Positions 33,982 through 45,943 of a stretch of 64,000 nt of DNA are shown in pieces. Location: NCBI GenBank assembly GCA_040954595.2, contig CM082593.2, positions 1,498,901 through 1,562,900 on the forward strand, given 5' to 3'. A program made the position numbers and the translations under genes. The notes beneath the pieces were generated by a model. It saw only the letters and a program-made list of their open reading frames with translations, was not told the origin of the DNA and did not search any database. How positions within the stretch are numbered: position 1 is the stretch's first letter; each line of letters starts with the position of its first letter. The DNA is from Balanoglossus misakiensis. Its lineage: Eukaryota; Animalia; Hemichordata.

Positions 33982-36900
33982 CTGTAGAAAAAAAAAACGG
34001 GGAAGAAAAGATAGAAATCAGTCGAGTTACTTCCCTATTTTAGAAGAATTGATTTGTGATGATTTCTGAAGCCACTATGGCAGTATCTTGGTAAAATGAT
34101 TCAATCATTGTCAATGACATAATTCTTTATCGGTGGAACTCATTCAGAACATACTGGTAGAAGTCACATTGTAATGATATGTATGGGCAAACAAATGAAA
34201 GGCAGTGTTGTCGTATCATGTGATGGTCATGTGATCAGTCAAGCCAGTCATGTGATACTTACATCTAAGCCTTCATGTCCTTCACTGTTGTCGATGACTA
34301 TGCCTGGATCAAATCCGAGGTCATTGGTTGGTGTTTCGACCGGAGTGTTGGCGCTGTTGTTATTCGAGCTGTTTCCAGCATTGCTGCCTGGGTTGCTGTT
34401 GGCACCACTCGGCTGGTTGCTGCCCAGGGTAGGCTGCTGTTGGGATTGCGGCGGTTGGTTTGATTGCGGCGTGTGGGGAGTCATCGGCGTGTGTGGTTGT
34501 TGATTCAGCTGCGCTTGCTGCTGCTGCTGCTGTTGTTGCTGTTGTTGTGTTGCTTGTGAACTGGCCGGCTGCGGCGTGTGAGGGTTCTGGATGCTGCCTG
34601 GGGTTGGATGCTGGGCCTGTGGCGTCTGTGGTGTTCGAGGACCATTTGCTTGCTGTTGCTGCTGTTGTTGTTGTTGACTCTGTTGTTGTTGCTGTTGCTG
34701 CTGCTGTTGTTGTTGTTGGACAGACTGTTGGGGTGTCAGTGGTTGTTGCGGCGATGGTATTGGCATATCCGGAGGATGCCGAAGTGGTTGAGTGCCTTGA
34801 TTATTGCGTTGACGACGTATCTAAGAGGAAGAAAATGAAATCGTTCTTGAATGTTGTCATGACCTCTAGTAACACATCCTCTGTACATAATTCACTGCTT
34901 ATTTTTCATCAACTACACCATTACTGTTTATAACAAATTTGCTCAACAAGCTTGAAAGTCTTCAGAATTACAGCTGCAGCTGCAGCTGAATCTGCCTTAC
35001 AAGACAGAATTAGAGCTACTGAATTTGCCTTACCTGTTGTGGAATACTTGGGTTGATCTGTTTTTCGACGGACACCAGATCGTTACTTGCAATCCCGTCA
35101 TCATAATGCGACAACGTGGGCCTTCCTCCCATGTTGTTAAAAGAATTCGGCTGTGGCCCGTTGACGTATCCCGTTGGCGGCATTGGACCTTGAGGCGGAT
35201 GGTTTGGATTTGGACTGTTGAATTGTTCGTATGTGCCGGGGAACTGCGGCCCACCCGGACTGGGCCCCCTGGGGACCGACTGCCCTCCAGCGCCTGCCAT
35301 CGGAACTGAGCCTGGACCTATGTTGGGAAAATTGAAATCATAATTGCCTGGCCCTGTTCATGCAAAGAGAAAAAAATACAGAAAAAAGAGAGAGAGAAAA
35401 ACACAAAAAGATACAGATGTTACTGGGTGCAAGCAATGAAGATTGATGATCTGTGCTGATAGTGGTCTACCACCATGGATGCTGTTAGTTTTGTTTTCTT
35501 CTCTTTCTGGACTGATGATGCTTACACCCCTGTGCTATCTGAACACCTTGGTTCGATCCATACAGATGGGGCTATACCATGTTGAAAGTGTGTGAACTGA
35601 GGGTGCAAAGGCAGGTGTGATGGTGGTGGGGTGAGTATGATTCGGAGAGCGAGAAAAACCAAGCAATGAAATTATTCTTTTACCTGGATTGTACTCTGGC
35701 CCTCCTATTGATAGATGTCCCATTGTGTCAAAATTATGCAAATTCGGCATTGTCATTCCGCTTGGCGACATAGTGCTTCCTTTGAACCTCTTAGAAGCCT
35801 GACACGGATCTGTTGGTCGGATAATTACGAAAGTATATTAGAAATAAATTCAACAATGAATGTCATAAAGTACTACCCGCACATTTAAATCAATCAGTTT
35901 TGCACTTAAAACACCACGAAAAATGTGTAAGTCACATGACTCTTTGGAATGTCATGATTGGTCGATCAATGTGCATCACATGACAAGTCCATATAAGGTA
36001 TTGAAATCAGTAGTCTACCTGACTCTTCGTCTTTGATTTCTGGTTTAAGCGGCACAGGTTTCCACGCTGCTGAGGCGTCGATCGTCACTTCTTCAAAATC
36101 TGCCGACTGCACCGCTGTAAGTATGCCCCACATAAACTGGTCTACCTCAAGCCCCTCAAGAAGAGCTGTTTTGCTGTTTGGTGGAAAAAAAATACACAGT
36201 AAGAGGTCATGATCATTGCTTTCATCCAAAAACTTGTTCAAAATTACCACAATGCACCGAATTACATTTCAACATTTTACATTCTAATGTCATGTTTTTT
36301 TATAACAATCTAATCTGAAAATTCCACAGTCTCCTAGAATCAACATGACAGCTACCACATATTGCAGCTCATTGGTTGACATGAATCACATGACTTGCTC
36401 TGTTCATCACATGTCCAAACAGCTATCACATGATTGGTTGATCAATAGGCTGCCATGACAACTTACTTGCATACAGGACACCGCCAGGAACCCCTCTCAC
36501 AGTTGAGTTGTAAGTAGGATTCCAAGTCAAAGCACTGGATATGTTTACAGTCGTGGCCCCTCGCTGGCAGTGTTATCCGTCGAAATGTGATGGGGTCTTT
36601 GAGCGAGACTTTAATTGCTGTCTGTTCAACTCCATCTTCACCGTTGAGTGAGCTGCTACCAGACGCTGCCACGCTGGTAAAATTACGCTTGACTGTAAAA
36701 CAGAAATGAAGAATTACAATTAACCAACCACCACTTTGACATTCACCTTTTAATTCTGATCCAAAAATTGGATTTCGGAACATGTAAACCACTACTACAG
36801 TAAAACTGGCAGATATCAAGTAAGCCAACATTTACACCAAACTGACTCTAGAGGGCTCTCTTCTAATGATCAACATTTCACTGACAGTTGAGGGCGCCTT

Positions 36901-39900
36901 TCCCATAGCAACCAAGCACCATGAGGGTTCCAACAAGGCCCACACAGTTATACTTACTTTTTGTGATACAATGTTCGGCAGGTAAGAGGCGTTTCCGAAG
37001 CAAACCCTGCAGTACTGACCGGACGGTTGGTCGATGCACCAACTGAAGTACAAAGAGATGCGACTGCAACAGAAAAAAGATGATCAATGAACTCTGCATT
37101 CCGAACTGAAACCTTTGAACTCATGTTCAGAGAAACAAGATTTCAAACTCACAAAGAAACACGAATTCAAGCAGTATTCAAACTTCCAAACTGGTACAAA
37201 TGACACAGTATCCACACTGGAATTCCATATGGTGAAACTATAGTTGAGTTTTCAAATGTTATAAAGAATAATGTTGATTTTACTATAAAATAAAATTCGA
37301 TATATCAAACTTACACAACAGCAAGCAGAGACTGTAATTTGGATGGTGTTCCTGCCTGGTTGACAAACTTCCTTTAAGTATAAAGGTTTGTGAGATGTTT
37401 TGTTTTCCCCTCTCTCAATACCCAGAGGGTTGGCGTTGACACTGACAGCTACTGACGCTGGCCAGTTTGTATGCATCTGTCTGTCTTCATGGTGGTAACA
37501 CTTAAACTGTAACTCTAAGTCCGACCTATAATTAAAATGAAGAGAAAGTGACTTTTTCAGTACAAAAATCACAATCGGTAGCAATGGAAGAAAAAAGGAT
37601 ACATGTATACTGATTTCTCATTCACACAATCATTGTCCGTTTTCATTTGGGGGATACAGAGATAAAAAGGAACACATTTGATTTATCAAACCATGATCGT
37701 GATTTTGGCGATTCCACTTATGAACTTTGACCTTGTTAGGTAGTTTGCTGTTACTCACCTCCACATTAACGTCTGATGAACTGATTGTCTCAGGTGGAAG
37801 ACGTGATTACTGACAGCAAGATTGTGCTCTAGACGAAAAGGTGTCAACACGACCCCGTCGCGGACTGGAAACGTTAGCCGCATCTCATTATCCACAGCTG
37901 AAAGTCAACAACAGAAAGTCGATCTATTTAGTATTGATTTAGTTCTGTACAAGTTGATTTCTTGACACAAAATTTGAACTGTGCTCAAGTGTATCTTGCA
38001 GCTGTTGTCAAATGTTAGACTGAGTAAAAATTATGTCCGTGGCCTGAAGTGTTGTGTTTCACAGCAGAAACTGTCATGAAATCTTTTGAATGTTTGAACA
38101 GGCCAATCGACTGAGAGATATTATAAAACACTAGGCCAATATATGTATAAACATCTGGTGGATCTACTGAGTAGTGGTAATATTTTCTGGCAGAGTTGTA
38201 AACTTTGCTTTCCTTAGTTTTGTAAGTAAAATGGCATTGTAAAATATCAGTCTACTGTTTGTGTATTCATGGACAAAATGTGAAAGTTTGGGTGACTCAC
38301 GCGGCATAATATTCGGCTTCACATCCGGCGGAAACTTCACATCAGGACCCGGCGGCGGTGATATGTACTGCGGCGACTGCATCGGCTGCGACGCCGGTCC
38401 CATAGGAGGCGTGGGGTTTCCGGACGAAATCGGCATGTTCTGATAATTCATATTCATGTTGTTCCTTGACCCCTGCAGAGAAAGAAGCAAAAGATGTCTG
38501 TGGTTAGATATGGGGAATAATTATTGTTATCTCAGTATGGGTCTGGACAGGAAAAGAGAAAATTACCTGGCCAATTTGGTGGCTATATTGAGACTCTGTG
38601 AGGTATTTTTAGACAAACGCACATGTTTTTTTCAGGAAGCATACTCAGTAGTATATTCGTTTATTAATTCCTTCAGGAATACTGACCCGAATAATTGTAT
38701 CAATGTACTTATGAACAAATGGGAATGGTATTAGTGTTTCTATAAAAAGCGATGTCAGATGGTATTGAAGACAGAAATAAACTGTACTTGTCACCTAGGT
38801 AAACAAACTGACATGTACTAAGTATCAGGATACGACACGATCTTTTTCATACATACCTGGTTGTAGTTTTGTGGGTAATTCTGTGGCTGTTGTTGTTGAG
38901 GATATGTGGGCCCCATCTGTTGCCCGCCACTGTAGTTGCCTGGCCCGTAGTACTGGTTGGGATGGTTTCCGAAGTTGTTCCCAGGTGCAGTTCTGGGTCG
39001 CTGGCCGGGGTAGTTTGGTGAGGGCATGGGCTGAGGGTTGGGTACGTATCCGGGCTGTGGTGGAGGTTTCTGATAAGATGATGCCATCTGTTGCGGATGC
39101 ATGTGCTGCAGTTGTTGTGGGGGCAGATATGGACGATTTGCAGCATACTATGATCAAGTAGAGAACATACAACAAATTGTAAGTTTTTGAACAAATAGTA
39201 ATAAGTTGTGACAGAAAATATGTGTTCATATCACAGTGAAATATGGTTGTGGACGTCTCTCACAATCTATTTAATATGTATACATTTCTTATTCAAATGT
39301 GTGAACAGTTTCTAGTGTGAAATCTACTCAGTTGAATTTATACTACACTTCATTTGCCTTTCGAGTCAATCCAAAATAATTCTGCCACCTCACAATTCCA
39401 TCAAATCTTTTATTAAGTATCAAATTCATGATCAGACTCATTTCTCATCTTTCCTAGTCACTCAGCATGGCTTGTAGCACATTGTCAAAATCACAGTGCC
39501 ATTCTCAGTCAAGAAATGTACTAAATTAGGCCTGCTGGGGGCACAGAGCCTTGTTGGACCAGACTCACCTGCTGTGGATAGCCTTGTTGGGAAGGATTGG
39601 GCCTTTTCATTGGGTACTGCTGCGGACATGGCTGTCTCTGGCCCATCTGCTGCGGACCATAAAACTGATTCTTTGAGAAGTTACCCGGCATTGGACCTTG
39701 CTGGTTTGGACCAGGGTACTGACCAGTATAGCCAGGCTGACCTCGCATCTGTAACACACCAAACAAAAAATATTTCATTACTCTTCATCACAAACTTCAG
39801 CTAGAACAGATCTAATACAACCCCAGCATGGGACATCTTGAAAGTAATCAAAATTTGTTGAAAACCAACTGACGGACACTAACAGTATTAGGCCACTAAC

Positions 39901-42900
39901 TCCATGGACCATTTCTCTAAAATACAGAAAAATTCCCAGAGCAAGTGATAAACCACAAAAGACTGACAGACACGCATAAAAAATGGCGGCAAATTAAACT
40001 TTACTACAGACGCAGCTCCTCGCCTTGAGCAAAATTCTAATTTATTTACGGAGACAGAAGAAACAAAATGAACCTGTAACGAGATCACAGACTCATCAGA
40101 GCGACAAACACTTTGTCATTTTTATTTCAACTGACTCCCGAGTCAATAAAGTTTAAAAAAAATTCCCGCATTTGTCAAGTAGAATCATCCCACTTGAAAC
40201 AATCTGAGACTTTTTATTGCCATTTAATCCAACACTACAGAGCTATGACCTCACAGGGGTCAAGGTTGTGACCTTACCCACAGTTCCTTGCTTCATTAAT
40301 GGCTGCTTGCCGAGGCAGTCGGCTAGAAAACCCTTTTATTGCCTTCTCCATTATAGCGAGCGTCATAAAAACAAGTCATGGCCGTTCTAGCCTTCCCGTA
40401 TTTTAATGTCTCCTTTGCCGGTTTGCCGACTTCTTTTGATGTCGGCTGCACTGCTACGCAATTTCCTGCCAACATTTCGGTGCAGTGTCTCTCAAAAGGG
40501 GCATATATCATTTTTTACTAAACTGACATGGCACTGCAGAGATCAAGGAGGATAACACAAGCAGCACACAGCTATCAACAGTCAACAATCACTACATAAT
40601 CGGATATTATTGGACGAAACCTAGTTCAATCATTACATAAATTTAACACAATATGTGGCGACTTCTATATTTAATTGTAAATTTATTATTCATTTACAAT
40701 ACAGTATTACTGTAAGCAATTTACTTTTCTTCATCAATGAAAACCTTTCTATAATGTGGAAAAATAATGAAATTACTTTAGTATACTGCCAGTGATACTT
40801 TTTGTGTCCAGTTTCTTTTAAGTAGATTGTCAACATATCAATGCATAATGTTGTATTCGTTGAAAGCAATCATTGATCTGATATAGTGCTATTAACTCAC
40901 CTGGGCGTTATAGTCAGACTGCGGTTGCTGTTGTTGTTGCTGCTGTTGTTGCTGTTCTTGTTGCTGTCCCTTCAGAGCGGTGACGGTCGCCGTTGCAGTA
41001 GCCGTCGCAGTGGCCGCCGCTGCAGCAACAGCGGCTGCAGCTGCCGCTGCGGCTGGTTCGGGAAACTGGCTGTTGTTTCCGGATACAGGCACCTGCGCCG
41101 AGTTGTTGGGTCCCTGCATATAGTTACTGAGATTCAAAAACAACAGATATTCGTCATTAGAAACATTTAATAATCACAATTTTATTGCACATTAAATCAA
41201 CAACATAGAGTAAGGACAGTAGACTCTGCAGGAAAATAAAAAGCAAAAGAGAGAGACCACGGTCTCTTACGATGTCAGCAGTCATTCTGAACAAACTTAA
41301 AGGGTAGGTGTCGTCCCATAGGACATGGTCACCAGCAAGTCAAGTTGGTGCAAAATGTAAATGTTACAATGTACATCATTGCAAACAATGCATTGTTACT
41401 TTAAGTTTGCATCACATTTCCAGTTTACTTTAACATGTATTGGTTGGCAGGGTCTCTCTGAACAGTCACAAAGTGGGAACAATGTTGTGGTGTGTTTATA
41501 AAACCGGAAAATCGCACATGTGCAGTTAAGACGACCCTCCCCCTTTAACTGGGAGAAACTTGGTACAAGTAGTTAGCATCATCGAGCACTCCTAAGGTTG
41601 GGTATTATCCTTATTTATACATCACAGTAATGAACACACAAGTTCTGTCGTGTGATGAGATGTATACTGCATTCTTTGATTCTCAGCATTCATCTGTCCA
41701 TCATACGCATGTGTTGCCAAATCAAAACCAAAATCAAGGCAAAAAAAAAAACACAACCAGTGCAAAAAAAAAACTAAAAATGTCATACAAAGAAAGTCAA
41801 TTTCAGCTGCAATGTCACGTGCAACGTTCAAAACAAATGCAACAATTTAAACCTTCCTCCCCCGTTATCAATAATTGATCAGTCCAAAGTATAACAAAAA
41901 AGGGAAAATGCCACTTTTGGAGAGAGAAAACATTAGAGGCAACGTCTTACAAAAACACAACCGCACACACACAAAAAAAGGAGACAATTTTTAAAAAGAC
42001 GCATTCTTTACCCCCACACACCCCCACCAGAACAATGGAATGCTCCCATTTCTAAAAGACTGGAAGATAACACTTTACTTGAGAGGGGTTTGCTGTGAGT
42101 AGAAGGCAGCAGACGAGTTGTGAGAGCTCACCTGTCATAGCCTTCATGCATAAACTGCATCAGATCCGCCCTAATAAAGAGTGGAAAGCCCAAATAAAAT
42201 TTGAAATGATTATTATTTCAACCAAATCATCAAATTCATTAGAAATTTTACCTTTAACAAACTTTATTTTTTTTCCTAATAAATTTTATTTACTTTAATT
42301 TTGTTTTATTTTACTTTGATCGTTGTATTTGGTTTTTACAAAGACAACGGTCAATATGGCTCCCTGTCACAGTTCCCACAATGCATTGCTTCTCACATGG
42401 CACACACTGCTGTATTTGCAGGCAAGAGGGCGATCTCTAACAGAACGAATGTGTTAATCAGGATAAATCTACTCCAAATATCACTCATGGAGATCCCACG
42501 ACTGTATCATATTGATGAACTCACGGCCAAGGGTGTCACATGGCACAGGCTGCTGCAACACCGATCAGTAGCTCTGCAGAAACATGGCCAGTTCTATTAT
42601 TAGCTCTTCCCTAGCCCATAAAACATGATTAATGTACATTCACACTTAGTGCTCCAATTTTCTCGATTCTTGTTCTGGGAATTTAATATTTCACAGCCGA
42701 AATGGTTGAGATTATAGCTAGCAGCCACTGTTAGAGGTAACCAGTGTGTCGTTGTTTTTTCAGAGAGTTTTTACAGCGCATCGTAGGAACCAGCGACAGT
42801 GGACCAATGATTTGATAATGTTGACCTCACCTTGAACCTCGGGGATATGGCCCCGGTGGTCCCTCCCTCCTGTTCTGATAAGACACCCCTTGCGGATTAA

Positions 42901-44155
42901 ATTGTTTTTGCGAGTTTGTTGCTGCTGCCGTGAATGGGTGCGTTTGCTGTGGAAACTGGTTGGACATACTGGTCGTTGTGTTAGTGCCTGAAAATAGCGG
43001 ATCAAAATTAGACGATCCTGCAGTCGGGTAAAAAAAACAGCAAGAAAAAGAGAGAGAAAGAGAGAAAAAACACAAAAAGCCTAGGTAATTAACATCATGG
43101 AAATGGCACAGGAAAAAAAGTTTCTCTGTTTATTCTCAATACTAGCTGACTAAGATTTTTTCTCAATACTGACTGTATTTCTGATATTCAAAAAGTTTAT
43201 GCTGTCATTGCTCATACTTTTCATATCTTTTTTATCAACAAAACACAGTTCACTATTTCTAGAATTTGTTGTCTCCAGTGTACACGAAATCACAATTGTA
43301 GTATGTTACAAACACTGATTTATTTTGTAAATAGATGTCTCCACATGATGCACAGTGCAGACTTGTATCTCTATAAACTGCAATCTTTTGAAATTTTCTC
43401 TCTGATGTGATTTTTGATCAAATTTTCCTCTTTCCTCCCCCCTGCTTACCTCCAGGCGTCAGAGAATTGTTATTCATGGGATTGCTGTTGTTAGGCTGTA
43501 CTGATCCCCACACCGTGGTAACCACACTTAGCGACTGTGGTTGCTGCTGCTGCTGCTGTTGCCATGCCACTGAAGGATCGCTATGGAAACAAAACGATTA
43601 GCCTTTTTTATTAAAATGTTCATCATCACCGCTATGATTATAAATTGGTGTCACATACAACCAAATCTCCAGCTTTCTCATGTATCATATTAAGTAACAA
43701 GATAGGGAAGCTTTATTCACTGTGCTCTGTTGTCCAATGACTGTTCATTGGCTATTTGTATTAAGGCTCCCTGGACTGGTGTTGGAAATCAATATTTTGA
43801 ATGGCACGAGTATTGATCTTCCTACAAGGAACCTTATGTACACTGCAATTTTAAACATTTGTATTATTGCTCCCTATTCTAAAAATATCCCAATTTTTTT
43901 CTCTGATATTGAAAAAGAGTATTGCATAATGTAAAATTGTGTGTCAACTTTTGATGGGTAAACTCAATCACAGGGCGCAATATGTGAGAATTGATGTGAA
44001 ATGGCATTTCTTCACTCACCTAGGCGGTACAGGTGGCAAGGGCTGTTTCATCTGGGCATGCATGGGGCCAGTTTTCCCCGACTCTGGAGTTCGGTTTTTC
44101 TGATGCCGCAACAAGAGTAATCTTCCTAAGTCTTCACACCATAAAGATAGCATAG
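33868..44155 (-). CDS. ZMIZ1: Zinc finger MIZ domain-containing protein (ZMIZ1/Zimp10/tonalli-like), 5'-incomplete
   Basis: Phase-consistent exons (minus): 44155-44020, 43580-43450, 43017(or 42987)-42831, 41126-40901, 39748-39569, 39147-38857, 38472-38301, 37897-37759, 37525-37315, 37063-36958, 36692-36467, 36173-36019, 35809-35684, 35353-35034, 34820-34263, 33981-33868. Hallmarks: [75 protein letters not shown], the SP-RING and the C-terminal ELLSYL.PPDLP...DDLLSLF. Confidence 0.96.
34500..34740 (-). repeat. CAG/CAA polyglutamine-coding repeats in a ZMIZ1 exon
   Basis: Runs of (TGT/TGC)n on the plus strand; polyQ tracts in ORF 34248..34766. Confidence 0.9.
36467..36692 (-). CDS. ZMIZ1: ZMIZ1 SP-RING (MIZ zinc finger) exon
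   Basis: [56 protein letters not shown]; acceptor TTACAG, donor GTAAGT. Confidence 0.96.
37315..37525 (-). CDS. ZMIZ1: ZMIZ1 conserved central-domain exon
   Basis: [70 protein letters not shown]; GT-AG boundaries. Confidence 0.95.
41297..41548. mobile_element. T2/Kolobok-like MITE in a ZMIZ1 intron
   Basis: Left TTAAAGGGTAGGTGTCGTC versus reverse complement of right TTAAAGGGGGAGGGTCGTC (15/19). TTAA-AGGG ends are typical of T2-MITE/Kolobok elements. Confidence 0.65.
42132..42170 (-). CDS. ZMIZ1: Probable 39-nt cassette micro-exon of ZMIZ1
   Basis: TCTTTATTAG|GGCGGATCTG...CTATGACAG|GTGAGC; symmetric phase 2-2, matching the surrounding intron phase; encodes [12 protein letters not shown] without a stop. 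Confidence 0.6.
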
Positions 44156-44533
44156 CTGTTGAAGGATAAAGAAAATTTTGATTTAACAAAACATTGGTAC
44201 AATTTCTGCAAATATGGGGGAAATGCTGATATAGTCCATGGGGTACACAGTACCTGAATAAAAGTGAAGTCAAAGAATTATGGGTAAAAATTCTGCATCT
44301 AAATTTGCAGTAATATTGTGGTTATTTTCCACATATTTTTCTGGTCTCGACTCTATAACAAATACAGACACACAGCCAAAATGATAATTCTATCAAAACC
44401 CAATAATGATGCTTAAACAAGACAGATAGAGTATATTCCTATTAAAGGGTTATGTAGGCATTCAATCCTGTAAATTATCTCTCAACACAAACAACGACGA
44501 CCTACAGGCAAAGGCCATTTTGCAAACTCTCCG

Positions 44534-44569
44534 AGGTCACAGGTCAGTACTCTGGGGGGTCATAGGTCA
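44534..44569 (+). promoter_or_regulatory. Two adjacent DR1-type nuclear-receptor motifs (candidate)
   Basis: AGGTCAcAGGTCA (44534-44546) and GGGTCAtAGGTCA (44557-44569); motif match only. Confidence 0.35.
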
Positions 44570-45863
44570 CCATAATGCACTTTACACGAAGCTGACACGA
44601 CGACAACACTCCTGACAGTTAAACACTAATATTTCAGGTTTAATATCTGATATTTGGTTTGAGGATTTTTGGAACTCTGCAATGTGTGCGAAAATTATAA
44701 TCATTTGACCATATTATCCAATTTTTTAAATATCAAACGGTGAACAGGTTCTGTTTTGTTGAAGTGGCAGCTGGCCAGTTTTAATTTTATTTATTGTCAC
44801 CTTTGAATCTGGAAATAGGATGAGGTACAATCTCTCTGCAGGTTTAAGTCCCTCCCCATTAATACCTCTTGCTATTTAGACCAACCAAGAACCATAGAAA
44901 GGAAGAATCAATGTATATCTGTTATTCCCAAAGAGTCTAACAGCCAAGTCATTGTTACTTGACCCTGAAGTTAAACAAATCAGCAAAATAGTAATCGTTC
45001 GCCACTCAATGCACTGGAGACAATTACAAGATGGAAACTCAAGGACATTATAGAATGCAACAAAAAATAACTGTGTCAGTACTCAGTCTGTCAGATGTGG
45101 ATCCTAACGGCCACTGATGTCAACAAAACAGATACATGTAGAAATTAGAAATCAACAGTTCAACAAGAGGCTAGATCAGATTAGATGAGATTGGATTAGG
45201 CATATATCCGTTCTCAGTTTCCGTTCTCTGGGTACAAAATATTCAGTTGAATAATGCTCTCAAAATAATCAATATTTCAAATAATTTACCAACAAAAACT
45301 CAAACTACAGTATTACGTCATTTTTTTGCAAGATGCAACAAATCAACATCCACCTGAAAATCTGTTTTGTGTTAGAGGGTTGCTTTACATACACAAGTTG
45401 TAAAATAATGGACATTTAAAACTTGAGGGCAAACTCATTTAACCCCCCAAAATTTGGACAGCATGTATTTCACAGAAAACCGAGAATTTGGTGTTTATTG
45501 CCTGTAAGTATCCTCAGCTTAACAGAATTAATTATATCGGCTGCTTGCAATTAGAGATACCCATGTACTATTCTAATTTATTCCGCAAACAATCAATGCA
45601 AATTAAAGAGCAGAACAGAAGGGGTTTTGAGACTCAGTACAATTGTGTCCAAACAATGGATTCTATTTATAGCCACCACCAGGCTGTGGGAAATATTGAA
45701 ATTACTATGATATGATGTGAGCTTTCCGAGTGACTGCAGAGTGTGGCTTTGGATTGTCGCAATTGTGGCCATATTGGATAATTATCCCATCGTACGGTTG
45801 AATGACATAGTCATCTGATAACTGCTCTTATACAGAAACTGTGGCCAATAGTTATGCAGACTG

Positions 45864-45943
45864 CAATAAAGTAAAATTCAAATAACAATTTACATTATTA
45901 CAACAATAAAGTAAAATTAAAATAAAATTTTACATTATTACAA
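45864..45943. repeat. 40-bp tandem duplication
   Basis: CAATAAAGTAAAATTCAAATAACAATTTACATTATTACAA followed by a near-identical copy. Confidence 0.85.

Noticed and set aside
34174-34933. Plus-strand hydrophobic ORFs (poly-Leu/Val/Ala)
   Set aside because: Antisense shadows of ZMIZ1 polyQ exons; the same applies at 38871 and 40886.
41622-41703. Possible extra ZMIZ1 exon ([15 protein letters not shown])
   Set aside because: No convincing donor or phase-compatible boundaries found.
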